Below are positions 62,701 through 64,000 of a stretch of 64,000 bases of DNA, piece after piece (within the stretch, counting starts at the first letter, position 1; each line of letters starts with the position of its first letter). Source of the stretch: Curvularia clavata (taxonomy: Eukaryota); contig CP089277.1 in the NCBI GenBank assembly GCA_023920165.1, positions 4,278,001-4,342,000 of the forward strand. Reading direction: 5' to 3'. The translations under genes were made by a program, and so were the position numbers. Below the pieces are notes generated by a model. It saw only the letters and a program-made list of their open reading frames with translations. It made no database searches and was not told where the DNA came from.

Positions 62701-64000
62701 TTTCATTGAGATCGCGATTGATGGTGATCAGGCGGTGCGCGCCTATCGAACAGGTGACCGCGCTCGTTACCGACCTAAAGACGGTCAAATCGAGTTCTTC
62801 GGCCGCATGGACCAACAAATCAAGATTCGTGGCCATCGTATTGAGCCAGCCGAAGTGGAGCACGCCGTACTTGATAACAGTATGGTGCAAGATGCTGCCG
62901 TAATTACTCGCAAGCAAGATCAGGAACTAGAGATGATCGCTTTTGTTACTACGCGTAGTGATGAGAAAATTGACAACGACGAAGCCAGCAACCAAGTCGA
63001 AGATTGGGGTAACCAGTTTGAGAGTAACATATATGCTGAGATCGAGGAGATCGACTCCTCTGCCGTTGGCAAAGACTTCATGGGCTGGACGTCCATGTAC
63101 GACGGTAGTGCTATCGACAAAGACGAAATGCAGGAGTGGCTAGACGACACTATGAGCACACTGCTCGACGGTCGACAACCAGGCCACGTACTCGAAATCG
63201 GTACTGGTACTGGCATGATCTTGTTCAACCTAGCTGAGAGGGTGGGATTGGAGAGCTACGTAGGCCTCGATCCCTCGGAGAAGGCAACCTCATTCGTTAA
63301 TCAGGTCATCAAGTCTCGCCCATCTCTGGCAGGCAAGGCTGAGGTTCACGTCGGCACAGCAACAGATGTGGCTCGAATGCGAGATCTTCACCCCGAAGTG
63401 GTGGTTGTCAATTCGGTAGCTCAATACTTCCCATCGCCTGAGTATCTGGCCGATGTCGTTCGCGCTTTGGTTCGCATTCCAGGCGTGAAACGACTCTTCT
63501 TCGGCGACATACGATCCTACGCTACTAATGATCATTTCCTTGCAGCCAGAGCCCTACACAAGCTAGGAGGAAAGGTTACTAGGGATACTGTGCGAAGCAA
63601 AATGACTGAGCTCGAAGACTACGAGGAGGAACTGCTTGTCGACCCAACATTCTTCACCAGTCTAACGGCCGAGCTTCAAGGCCAGGTCGAACACGTTGAG
63701 ATCCTACCTAAGCGTATGCAGGCCACCAACGAACTCAGCGCATACCGATACGCGGCTATAGTCTACATCCGTGATCCACAACGAGCGCAGACTGTGCAAA
63801 CGGTCAAATCGAACACCTGGATTGATTTCAGCACCTCTCAAATGGACCGCAGTGCGCTCGTCAGTCTCTTACAGAGCTCAGATGCTGAAGTTATCGCTGT
63901 CAGCAATATTCCCTACAGCAAGACGATCGTGGCGCGGCATATCGTTGAGTCACTCAGTGCAGAGGATTCACAAGAGATGCTGGACGGCCCTGCTTGGATC
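30140..64000 (+). CDS. kk1B: Giant multimodular NRPS (cyclodepsipeptide synthetase), at least 11,287 aa, 3'-truncated by the window; partial C-A-T / C-A-T / C-A-MT-T / C-A-T / C-A-MT-T / C-A-MT-T / C-A-MT-T / C-A-T / C-A-MT...
   Basis: ATG at 30140 (MASDINTHPEG). The same frame carries every motif checked and ends in frame at 64000 (...LDGPAWI). Repeated HHII(S/Y)DG-type C motifs, FTSGSTG.PKG, YGP(T/S)E, RTGD and KIRGHR A motifs, VLE(I/V)GTGTG MT motifs, and GG(D/H)S T motifs. Confidence 0.95.
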   Translation, partial: MASDINTHPEGATKFWQQHFDGLNASVFPALSSHLTVPRPNAQTAHRISYSALAKQKWENTSLCRAALAILLARYSNASEALFGVLVEQSLQSNGEQASTEESPQSILPIRIRLDLEEAGLSLLQAINTLDASLREYKHIGLDAIRGTGEYGSAGCEFQTVLAVTTGKTPRTHRLASCTDRALLLDCRMDDDSATLLARYDPSVIDDLQVARFVKQLGHVIEQLRVQAVDLPLWELDIVTQEDSAEIQKWNSQQLQFSQECIHDVFANRVADTPQKIAISAWNGELTFAELDSFSSCLAQHIQSLDLGDAKAIPLCFEKSKWAIVGMLGVLKAGRAFTLIDPSNPPARARQICRQTAATISIASPYQCDMMRALVPDCIVVDDDFFKSLAFDAGQFQPTATPQTLAYILFTSGSTGEPKGSMMEHHGFVSCCLKFGAALGINNNTRALQFASYAFGACLLEILTTLMHGGTVCIPSDDERINDAPGFIRRANVNWAILTPSFIGAIQPTTVPNLKTLVLVGEAMPSDIRDVWASHVQLKNAYGQSESATICSVTEVTPATVEAHNIGHAVGARFWITDPNNPNKLAPIGCVGELLVESPGIARGYLIPLPADATPFIDTLPDWYPRTQPLDNFKFYRTGDLVCYRSDGTVVYLGRRDSQIKIRGQRVEIGEVETCLRQQLPSQLVPVVEAVSLSGMSKSMTLVAFLVGENTILEEDVYVLEGSAAQRISSKLRQIVPGYCIPSHYIRINHLPTTATGKCDRKALRAIGTKLLREAVEGMASQEEQESASLTTEGITLERIWFQSLGLKPNSTRQKSNFFNLGGDSIAAIRMVNMARAAGLLLSISDIFQNPSLAGLMNVMQQSSTAQDAIPATEYSGPVEQSFAQGRLWFLDQLTTGASWYLMPLAVRIHGPLRVQALSSALHALEQRHETLRTTFEQQDGIGVQIVHPSSKRELRVIDVSDKQNGGYEQVLKREQTTPIDLAKEPGWRAVLLRVGDDEHMLSIVIHHIIYDGWSLGVLREELGDLYAAALRGPDPLAHMTPLPIQYRDFSVWQKQPQQVAQHQQQLAYWTKQLQDSAPAELLTDFPRPAELSGRAGEVRFTIQGSVFDSLLAFRRVHQTTSFAVLLAVFRAAHYRLTGAEDATIGTPIANRTRAEVEKLIGFFVNTQCMRIAVADDDTFASLVSQVWSVATAAFEHQDVPFERIVSALLPGARDTSRNPLAQLLFALHLQQDLDKINLEGLACETVPTPMATRFDVEFHLFQEDDRLNGVVNFSTDLFEPQTIHSLVSVFQEILRRGLDQPQVPIAHLQLTDGLGELRNAGLLDIKRTDYPREASVVDMFQKQVAACPNAPAVKDSTSQLTYAQLDQESDKVAAWLRKRNLPAETLIALLAPRSCDSVAAFLGILKANLAYLPLDVNVPAARIEAILSTVAGHKLVLLGRDVPLLDTQLADLELVRIGEALRGSSSGSVAADKAIRPTATSLAYVIFTSGSTGQPKGIMVPHRSLVNVITQRPAYGNVAHMTNLAFDPSLFEMCTALFNGNTLICIDTLVALDATQLPTIFKQEAIRVAMMTPALLTRLLAQATDALRELEAIYVLGDRFPPKDAARAGEFVRTAVYNAYGPSENSICTTLFHAATGAMCTNGVPVGRVINNSGVYVMDPKQSLVSYGVMGELVVVGEGLAIGYTKPELNEGRFLTLAIDGKPVRAFRTGDRVRYRPTDGQLEFFGRMDFQIKIRGHRVELAEVERVLNRHPAIKDAITLLRQHGSSAQDTELVSFIVLGEQKHVKPHRNATDHGGMEIEQLDQKLEASLRTMMQATLPSYMVPSRIIVLGHMPLDKNGKVDRRGLTGLTLSPVMETSSRVVVTARNEIEAVLCEEFANILGVEIGVTDNFFDLGGHSLMATTLAARLARRLNASISVKDVFDQPIVADLAATIKRGSTPHNAIPPSKYSGPVEQSFAQGRLWFLDQLNLGAAWYHMPLAVRLRGPLHLEALTAALHALEERHETLRTVFEEQDGVGMQIVRPSSKTPLRIIDVSTKEQGYAELLKQEQTTPFDLATELGWRIALLRQGEDDHILSIVIHHIISDGWSLDILCEELGQFYAAALRGQDPLAQISPLPIQYRDFSLWQKQPEQVAEHHRQLEYWTTQLEDSVPAELLTDLPRPIIQSGKAGVIPITVDGPVYENLRAFSRTHQTTAFAVLLAAFRATHYRLSGVADATIGTPIANRNRPELENMIGFFVNAQCMRITVEEDDTFETLVRQVRSTATAAFANQDVPFEHIVSALMPDSRDTSRNPLVQLMFALHAYKDLGKIELEGYVAEPVHTTLSTRFDLEFHLFQETSHLSGYVLYATDLFEPESIEGMVSIFKEVLARALDQPQTPLALLPLTDGVAELRRRGLLEIERPSYPRESSVVDVFRSQVAASPNATAVKDSISQITYAQLDEQSDKVAAWLHQRNLPTETLVAVLAPRSCQTVVAFFGILKANLAYLPLDVNVPAARIKAILSEVSGHILVLLGSHVSAPKIELADVEFVKIDNTVEHNLPGRIGSAPSATSLAYVIFTSGSTGKPKGVKVEHRGIVRLVKESNVVARMPQAARVAHLSNIAFDAATWELYAALLNGGTLVCINYLTTLDSKELEAVFEQEKIQATMLPPALLKQCLVNIPAAIGALEVVLAAGDRFDRRDAAATQALVGAGVYNAYGPTENTTLSTIYNVVQGDANVNGVPIGRPVSNSGAYIMNMNQELVPIGVMGELVVVGDGVARGYTDPALDVNRFVNVTIEGQTLRAYRTGDRARYRPKDAQIEFFGRMDQQVKIRGHRIEPAEVEHALLNNDLLQDAAVVIRKQQDDELEMVAFVEVKSNESIEQETSNQVEDWSAQFESNVYAEIEAIDASAVGNDFMGWTSMYDGSAIDKAEMQEWLDDTMQTILDSRPAGHVLEIGTGTGMILFNLGEGLQSYVGLEPSTSAAAFVNRRIQTLPAFAGKAEVHVGTATDISQLQDLRPDVVVINSVAQYFPSPEYLAEVVHNLAQIPGVKRLFFGDMRSYAINDQFLAARALHKLGGRATKTDMRSKMVELENSEEELLVDPTFFTNLMTKLPDQVEHVEILPKRMQATNELSAYRYAAVVHIRDPSRRAQTVHAIESSAWIDFSKSQMDRKAIISLLKSSVNTEAVAIGNIPYSKTIIARHVVQLLDGDNADEDVAQDKLDKPTWISAVRSKAEHCPSLSALDLVQLGEEAGFHVELSWARQRSHHGAIDAVFHHYQPAREGSRVLFQFPTDTYRRQSGPLTNRPLQRLQSRRIETKVREKLRAVLPSYMIPSLIVLVDQMPLNPNGKVDRKALERRARAVLRVEKPASERVGARNETEAVLCEEFTDVLGLEVGITDNFFDLGGHSLMATKLAARISRRLDARVSVKDVFDQPVIADLATSIRRGSTPHNPITPTEYSGPVEQSFAQSRLWFLDQLNLGASLYLMPLALRLRGPLRIDALTAALFALEQRHETLRTVFKEQDGVGIQIIQPSHKKKLRVIDVPAGDFSEALHHERTAPFDLASEPGFRVALLQLEPSDHVLSIVMHHIIYDGWSIDILCQELGQFYAAAIQGQDPLGEVSPLPIQYRDFSVWQKQPEQVAEHERQLAYWVDQLADSAPAEFLADLPRPPVLSGDAGLVHLTIEGPIYDRLKAFCRVHQTTTFAVLLAAFRATHYRLTGAEDATVGTPIANRNRPELENLVGFFVNTQCMRIIVGADDTFEQLVRQVRSTATAAFTNQDVPFERIVSTLLPGSRDTARNPLAQLMFAVHSLKDLGKIQFQGLVGETIPTASFTRFDVEFHLFQEVGRLSGNVLFSTDLFEPETIQGMVSVFMEILRGALDQPQIPIAVLPLTNGLTELRDRGLFEIEQPQYPRNSSVVDVFRAQVVACPDAIAVKDSTSQLTYAQLDKQSDEVAVWLHQRNLPAESLVGVLAPRSCQTIITFLGILKANLAYLPLDVNVPAARIQAILSSVAGKKILLLGSDQSQPEIRLDDVEFVRINETMDHSMAKDNTTRSGPSATSLAYVIFTSGSTGQPKGVKVEHRGIVRLVKNSNVVAKMPEAACVAHLSNLAFDAATWEIYVALLNGGSLICIDYFTTLDSMVLEAVFEREKIRAAMFPPALLKQCLLNIPTTISALDVILAAGDRFDRRDAIAAQALVGGGVYNAYGPTENTTLSTIYNVVNSDPNVNGIPIGLPVSNSGVYIMDPNQQPVPLGVMGELVVVGDGVARGYTDPALDVDRFIKVEIDGQMVRAYRTGDRVRHRPKDGQIEFFGRMDHQVKIRGHRVELAEVEHVILDNSLVQDAAVIVHKQADQEIEMIAFAVVRGDNDSKHPEKDILDQVKVLLPSYMVPAQMVLLNSMPLNANGKVDRKELAKRAETVPRSEMAYVAPERIPPRNEIETILCEEYAEVLGVEVGVMDNFFDLGGHSLMATKLAARATRRLDAKLSVKDIFDYPILANLAAAVQRGSTPHNAILATTYSGPVEQSFAQGRLWFLDQLNVGSNWYLQPIAIRIHGSLNINALTTALHALEQRHETLRTTFEEEDGVGMQVVQEYEPMELRIMDIATDYDGDYTEALKGEQTTPFDLESEPGWRVSLLRMNDNDHILSLVLHHIISDGWSVDVLRQELKQFYAAALQGLDPLSGVDPLPIQYRDFSLWQKQPEQVAEHERQLKYWVEQLADNSPATLLADRPRPSVLSGQAGSVPLSIEGQIYEKLQAFCRAHQTTSFSVLLAAFRAAHFRLTGVDDATIGIPIANRNRPELEHLIGFFVNRQCMRITVGEDDTFESLIRQVHSTATAAYANQDVPFERIVSSLLSGSRDTSRNPLVQLVFAVHSQKNLGKFELQDLTSEPVAGAISTRFDAEFHLFQEEERLNGVVYYATDLFDAETIQGVVSVFQEILRRGLNHPRTPIAALSLTDGLDNLRKMNLVDFKRTDYPRDSSMVDIFREQVATYPDVIAVKDSTLQLTYAQLDQQSDEIATWLRNQKMAPETLVGVLAPRSCQTIVAFLGVLKANLAYLPLDVNAPMARIEKIMSSVPGSKLLLLGSDVPAQEIQLQNVELVRIEDTLGHAASAGTATTEPSPTSLAYVIFTSGSTGKPKGVMVEHRSVIRLVRKESNSMSKMPSGARVAHLTNIAFDVSAWEVYATLLNGGTLVCVDYFTSFDAKALGLLFEREQITAAMITPTLLKQCITIVPEALRKLSVLYTGGDRFDRRDAIATKALVKGPVYNAWGPTETTIVSTIYELADDDQFTNGVPIGKAVSNSWAYVMDLNQQLIPVGVMGEAVVIGDGLARGYTDPALDCNRFVHITIDGKRVRAYRTGDRARYRPKDGEIEFFGRMDRQLKIRGHRIEPAEIEHAMLGYNDVVDVAIVTRHQDGAGLEMVAFVTAHTNKSIERNEATNQVAGWGDHFESSTYAELDTLVQSDVGKDFVGWTNMYDGGAIDQAEMQSWLDDTIQTIVDGQPAGHVLEIGTGTGMIMFGLGKQGLQSYVGLEPSTSATAYVNRKIKTVPMVAGKAKVYVGTATEAAQLKGLHPEVVVINSVAQYFPTPEYLLEVVGILAQIPGVKRLFFGDIRSYATNRQFLAARAFHMLGSNAKKHDIRQKMAELDEFEEELIVDPSFFTGLVSRLPGQVKHVEILPKQMIATNELSAYRYAAVVHLALPEEQHIAKIEKGAWVDFTATKMDRSALVHHLKSSSNAETVAISNIPFSKTNFDCHLLASLDEDEEHSLDGSAWIKTIHSSAEQCPSLSATDLVEIAKEVGFRVELSWARQKSQKGALDAIFHQYQSPKEGSRVLIQFPTDDQGQSIESLTNRPLQRVQSRRIETQIRERLQAMLPSYMIPARIVVLDEMPVNANGKVDRKELTRRAKVVPRIETAAERIQPRNEVEAVLCEEFSEVLGVEVGVTDNFFDLGGHSLMATKLAARTGRRLDAKVSVKDVFDHPVLADLAAAIQRGSTPHSAIVTTEYSGPVEHSYAQGRLWFLEQLNFKATWYLLPLAVRIRGPLNIKALTTALHALEQRHETLRTTFIEQDGVGKQAVQPFQPKELEIVDIAADHQGDYLKVLRDEQTTMFNLATEPGWRVTLHRVDQNTHNLSIVMHHIISDGWSVDVLRHELRQFYAAALRGQDPLAHISPLPIQYRDFSLWQKQPDQINEHAKQLEYWIKQLADSSPAELPTDLPRPAVLSGKAGEVALSVKGPLYERLQAFCKTHQTTAFATLLAAFRATHYRLTGAEDATIGTPIANRNRPELENLIGFFVNAQCMRITIDGDDTFESLIRQVRATATAAFANQDVPFERIVSTMQSTSRDTSRNPLVQLMFALHSQQDLGKIQLEGCETEPIPRAVRTRFDLEFHLYQEQGSLGGIVYFATDLFEPESIEGMVSIFKEVLARALDQPRTPLALLPLTDGVAELRRRGLLEIERLSYPRDSSVVDVFRAQVVACPDAIAVKDSTSQLTYAQLDKQSDEVAVWLHQRNLPAESLVGVLAPRSCQTIITFLGILKANLAYLPLDVNVPSARIEAILSAVPGHKLVLLSADVPGPEAPLVNVELVRIDDILRQNIHASNAGPLANYPSATSLAYVMFTSGSTGKPKGVMVEHRSIVRLVKETNLVPAAKAVSLVAHISNLAFDAATWEIYAALLNGGTTVCIDHITVLDPTKLALVFSSEKIKAAFFSTALLKQRLYEEPSTITGLDLLYAGGERMRPQDALKTRELVRGSFCHVYGPTENTTFSTIYPMGAEERCVNGLPIGRAVSHSGAVIMDANQRLVPLGVMGELVVTGDGIARGYTDPALDVNRFVNVTIEGQTLRAYRTGDRARYRPKDAQIEFFGRMDQQVKIRGHRIEPAEVEHALLNNDLLQDAAVVIRKQQDDELEMVAFVELKSNESIEQETSNQVEDWSAQFESNVYAEIEAIDASAVGNDFMGWTSMYDGSAIDKAEMQEWLDDTMQTILDSRPAGHVLEIGTGTGMILFNLGEGLQSYVGLEPSTSAAAFVNRRIQTLPAFAGKAEVHVGTATDISQLQDLRPDVVVINSVAQYFPSSEYLSKVLYTLARIPGVRRLFFGDMRSLAINRQFLAARALHNIGSKATKSAIRSKMVELENSEEELLVDPTFFTNLATELPEVEHVEILPKRMMATNELSAYRYAAVVHIRDPARQAQTVHTIDPTAWIDFSASQMNRTVLANLLQNSADAAAIAVSNIPYSKTILARHIVQSLDDDLTDSDDPQDKLEGAAWMSAIRSNIKTCASLSAFDLAQLAQETGFRVELSWARQRTHHGALDAVFHHYKSNQDGGRVLVQFPTDNRPRLSGQLTNQPLQRLQSRRFETQIRDQLSSLLPSYMIPSFIVMVDEMPLNANGKVDRKALERRARMVQKVEKPASERVGARNEIEAALCEVFVDLLGTEVSITDNFFNLGGHSLMATKLAARISRRLDARISVKDVFDYPVLADLAGAVQRGSTPHNPIVATPYSGPVEQSFAQGRLWFLDQLNAGSLWYIQPIAVRVRGSLNIGALTTALNALEKRHEPLRTTFEEHEGIGVQVVQPHQPKKLRIVDTVADYQGDFITALRKEQQTLFNLATEPGWRVSLLRIGEDDNILSIVMHHIVSDGWSVDILRQDLKLFYAAALKGQEPQVDALPIQYRDFAFWQKQPEQVAEHQRQLDYWIEQLKDSTPAELITDFPRPEVLSGTAGIVQLAVDGQVYEGLRAFCRIHQTTSFVVLLTAFRAAHYRLTGTEDATIGSPIANRNRPELESLIGFFVNTQCMRIMVGEDDTFERLVQQVRSTTTAAFANQDVPFERIVSSVQSTSRDASRNPLVQLMFALHSQQGIGLMELEGVETEPIARDVSTRFDIEFHLYQKEESLHGVIHFAADLFEPETIQGLVSVFQEILRGGLETPRMPISVLPLDNNIPELLVGMLDVDTPEYPRDSSVVDVFRTQVAASPDAIAVKDSTSQLTYAQLDEESNKVATWLSQRQLAPETLVGVLAPRSCQTIVTFFGILKANLAYLPLDVNVPSARIEAILSAVPGHKLVLLSADVPGPEAPLVNVELVRIDDILRQNIHASNAEPLANYPLATSLAYVMFTSGSTGKPKGVMVEHRSIVRLVKETNLVPAAKAVSLVAHISNLAFDAATWEIYAALLNGGTTVCIDHITVLDPTKLALVFSSEKIKAAFFSTALLKQRLYEEPSTITGLDLLYAGGERMRPQDALKTRELVRGSFCHVYGPTENTTFSTIYPMGAEERCVNGLPIGRAVSHSGAVIMDANQRLVPLGVMGELVVTGDGVARGYTDPALNRDRFVEVNVHGQVLRAYRTGDQARYRPKDGQIEFSGRMDRQLKIRGHRIEPAEVEHAILSHDDIRNAVVVTRQQEGQDLEMVAFVSTPNDQTVEYDEARNQVEDWGAQFESNVYAEIEEIDSSAVGNDFMGWTSMYDGTAIDKAEMQEWLDDTMRTLHDGREPGHVLEVGTGTGMILFNLGKGLQSYVGLEPSTSAAAFVNRKIETISSLAGKAKVEIGTATDVGQLKNLHSDLVVINSVAQYFPSPEYLVEAVTALAHIPGVKRLFFGDMRSYAMNKQFLVARALHTLGAKANKDDVRRKMVELEEFEEELLVDPAFFTGLANWLSEVEHVEILPKQMTATNELSSYRYAAVVHLRLPGQEAQPVVTVNQDAWVDFGGSKMDRHALLRHLQSSPKAETVAISNIPYSKTIYERHVLASLDDDEVEDSLDGSAWLSDVRSTAEQCASLSGVDLVQIAKEAGFRVELSWARQRSQKGGIDAVFHHYESVHDGARVMVKFPTDDQGRALDSLANRPLQRLQSRRIEVQIRERLQAVLPSYMMPVRIVVLDEMPMNANGKVDRKVLTRRAKMISRVETTAERVGPRNDIEALLCEEFAEVLGVEVGINDNFFDLGGHSLMATKLAARSSRRFDAKVSVKDVFDHPILADLAAAIQRGSTPHNPILATQYSGPVEQSFAQGRLWFLEQLNVSSTWYLQPIAVRMRGPLKIEALAAALHALEERHETLRTTFEEHDGIGMQVVQPHRPKELRVIDVQAEHDGDYTQALRTEQTTPFNLETEPGWRVSVFRLNEDDNILSIVMHHIISDGWSFDILRKEIREFYNAVLKGKDPLAQMSPLHIQYRDFSVWQKQLNQITEHKRQLDYWTKNLADNTPAELPTDLPRPAVLSGKAGVIQLSITGPVYDRLRAFCRVHQTTLFAVLLTVFRATHYRLTGAEDATIGTPIANRNRPELENLIGFFVNTQCMRITVEEEDTFETLIHQVRTTTTAAFANQDVPFERIVSALLPGSRDTSRNPLSQIMFAVHSQENISKIELDGLESEAISRATSTRFDLEFHLFQEEKGLGGIVLFAADLFEPETIDSLVFVFQEILRQSLETPKTPIAVLPLTNGIAQLRSMCVLDIEKTAYPQDSSVIDIFRQQVAARPDATAVTDSTSQLTYAQLDLHSDELANWLRQKKMAPETLVGVLAPRSCQTIVTFLGILKASLAYLPLDVKVPVARIEAILSSISGQKLILLGQDVPVPEIQLPDVDVVPISEILGSSVPSRATDKSVGPLARNLAYVLFTSGSTGKPKGVMIEHRSIVRLVKETNLISKLPSAPRTAHLTNLVFDNSAWEIYSTLLNGGTLVCIDYTTVLDSKALETVFREQRIQTSLMPPALLKECLANMPTMFDDVEVLYALGDRFDKQDAMKARSIVKTAVYNAYGPTENTVISTIYEIAKDDSFVNGVPIGRSISNSGAFIMDSRQQLVPVGVLGELVVSGDGLARGYTDPTLDVNRFVEVTVDGQQVRVYRTGDRVRFRPKDGQIEFFSRMDQQVKIRGHRIEPAEVEHVILTNNIIRDAAVAIRRPEGQEPEMVAFVTTHENTSIEKQSVEEFTARIENEVRRWIKTLLPLYMVPTQIVVLDRMPVNANGKVDRKKLAQRAQTLQKSEAGSLPSVRVPPTNDMERVLCEEFADVLGVEVGITDNFFDFGGHSLMATKLAARISRRVNARVSVKSVFDHPVLVDLASTIKQDSIMHKPIPQTAYTGPVEQSFAQGRLWFLDQLNFGASWYLMPLALRLQGSLHVKSLTTALFALEQRHETLRTTFEEQDGVGIQIVHPANKKDLRILDVSKEQNGDYAKVLHKERTLPIDLTSEPGWRVSLIRLSEDDHILSIVMHHIISDGWSVDVLRQELKQFYTAALKGQDPLAQIDALPIQYRDFSLWQKLPDQVAEHQRQLEYWTEQLADNTPAELLTDLPRPDVLSGKAGAVQLTIDGPVFDQLQAFCRAHQTTMFTVLLAVFRTTHYRLTGATDATIGTPIANRNRPELERLVGFFVNTQCIRITVDVEDTFEALVQQVHSTSTTAFANQDVPFERIVSTILPGSRDASRNPLAQLMFAVHSQRDISKFQLEGLDTKPIPTAASTRFDIEFHMFQQAERLSGRVLFAEDLFELETIQGMVVIFKEILRRGLETPQTPLAVLPLTDGLADLRSHGLLEIERPEYPRDSSVIDVFRAQVAACPDATAVKDSTSQLTYSQLDDQSDKITAWLLQRKIPAESLVAVYAPRTCQTIVTFFGILKANLAYLPLDTNVPAARIEAILSTISGHKLVLLGSQVSAPAVELKDVEYVWIDEAMAETVRTCTSPEPSATSLAYVIFTSGSTGLPKGVKVEHRGVVRLVKQSNVVAKMPQAARVAHLSNIAFDAATWEIYAALLNGGSLICIDYFTTLDSKELEAVFAREKIQAAMLPPALLKQCLVNIPATISALDVVLAAGDRFDRRDAAATQALVGGGVYNAYGPTENTTLSTIYNVVKGDANVNGVPIGRPVSNSGAYIMDPNQQLVPMGVMGELIVVGDGVARGYTDSALDVNRFIEIAIDGDQAVRAYRTGDRARYRPKDGQIEFFGRMDQQIKIRGHRIEPAEVEHAVLDNSMVQDAAVITRKQDQELEMIAFVTTRSDEKIDNDEASNQVEDWGNQFESNIYAEIEEIDSSAVGKDFMGWTSMYDGSAIDKDEMQEWLDDTMSTLLDGRQPGHVLEIGTGTGMILFNLAERVGLESYVGLDPSEKATSFVNQVIKSRPSLAGKAEVHVGTATDVARMRDLHPEVVVVNSVAQYFPSPEYLADVVRALVRIPGVKRLFFGDIRSYATNDHFLAARALHKLGGKVTRDTVRSKMTELEDYEEELLVDPTFFTSLTAELQGQVEHVEILPKRMQATNELSAYRYAAIVYIRDPQRAQTVQTVKSNTWIDFSTSQMDRSALVSLLQSSDAEVIAVSNIPYSKTIVARHIVESLSAEDSQEMLDGPAWI
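32760..35960 (+). other. NRPS module 2: C-A-T (predicted pipecolate)
   Basis: HHIIYDG at ~33158; A4 NLAFDPSLFE; GGHS at 35825; no MT. Substrate inferred from colinearity with KK-1 and the P5CR gene. Confidence 0.8.
35985..40425 (+). other. NRPS module 3: C-A-MT-T (predicted N-MeVal)
   Basis: Approximate code DAWMLAATLK; MT SAM motif VLEIGTGTG at ~38933; GGHS at 40292. Confidence 0.8.
40450..43600 (+). other. NRPS module 4: C-A-T (predicted Val)
   Basis: Same approximate code DAWMLAATLK as modules 3 and 9; no MT; GGHS at 43469. Confidence 0.8.
43630..48060 (+). other. NRPS module 5: C-A-MT-T (predicted N-MeAsp by colinearity)
   Basis: Distinct pocket FDVSAWE / LYTGGD / NAWGPTETTIV; MT motif at ~46589; GGHS at 47924. 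Confidence 0.75.
49464..49722 (+). repeat. Near-identical intragenic repeat of 41823-42081 (module 4; offset 7641)
   Basis: Direct comparison shows one mismatch by eye (ctagcGtatc vs ctagcAtatc). Confidence 0.9.
49674..50520 (+). repeat. Near-identical intragenic repeat, copy 1 (copy 2 at 54144-54990; offset 4470)
   Basis: Direct base comparison shows about five mismatches over ~820 bp in the core tract. Confidence 0.9.
50523..51300 (+). repeat. Near-identical intragenic repeat of 38409-39186 (module 3; offset 12114)
   Basis: Direct base comparison. The antisense shadow ORFs 38714-38932 and 50828-51046 are identical. Confidence 0.9.
52565..56990 (+). other. NRPS module 7: C-A-MT-T (predicted N-MeIle by colinearity)
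   Basis: Same pocket as module 6; MT motif VLEVGTGTG at ~55520; GGHS at 56858. Confidence 0.78.
57020..60200 (+). other. NRPS module 8: C-A-T (predicted Gly by colinearity)
   Basis: Pocket FDNSAWE / LYALGD / NAYGPTENTVI; no MT; GGHS at 60074. Confidence 0.75.
60235..64000 (+). other. NRPS module 9: C-A-MT (truncated by window; predicted N-MeVal)
   Basis: Val-type code as in modules 3 and 4; MT motif VLEIGTGTG at ~63188. Confidence 0.78.

Noticed and set aside
30153..63535. The many short ORFs listed across the NRPS
   Set aside because: They are antisense or off-frame shadows of the single giant ORF and repeat with the modules. The true ORF is missing from the track only because it has no stop in the window.

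Overview
This window is fungal (ascomycete-type) DNA with GT-AG introns and RIP-like TE relics. It holds most of a cyclic depsipeptide biosynthetic gene cluster. Gene order: type II thioesterase (-), pyrroline-5-carboxylate reductase (+), D-lactate dehydrogenase (+), ABCB/MDR transporter (-), bZIP transcription factor (-), about 7 kb of transposon relics (pogo/Fot1, two solo LTRs with target-site duplications, PIF/Harbinger), a ~996-aa protein with a degenerate JmjC-like C-terminus (-), an amidase (-), and a giant intronless NRPS (+). The NRPS starts at 30140 and runs off the window end after 11,287 codons, so the ORF track misses it. Nine modules are visible, with N-methyltransferases in modules 3, 5, 6, 7 and 9 and a hydroxy-acid-type A domain in module 1. 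From memory, gene content and architecture match the KK-1 (kk1) cluster of Curvularia clavata; the symbols are assigned by that recognition, not by a database search. The most notable observation is that module 6 is a DNA-level mosaic. Its flanks are near-identical to Val modules 3 and 4, while its ~0.82-kb specificity core is near-identical to module 7. This looks like a natural A-subdomain swap predicting N-MeIle rather than N-MeVal at position 6, i.e. a KK-1 congener. All alignments, splice models and specificity codes were read by eye.
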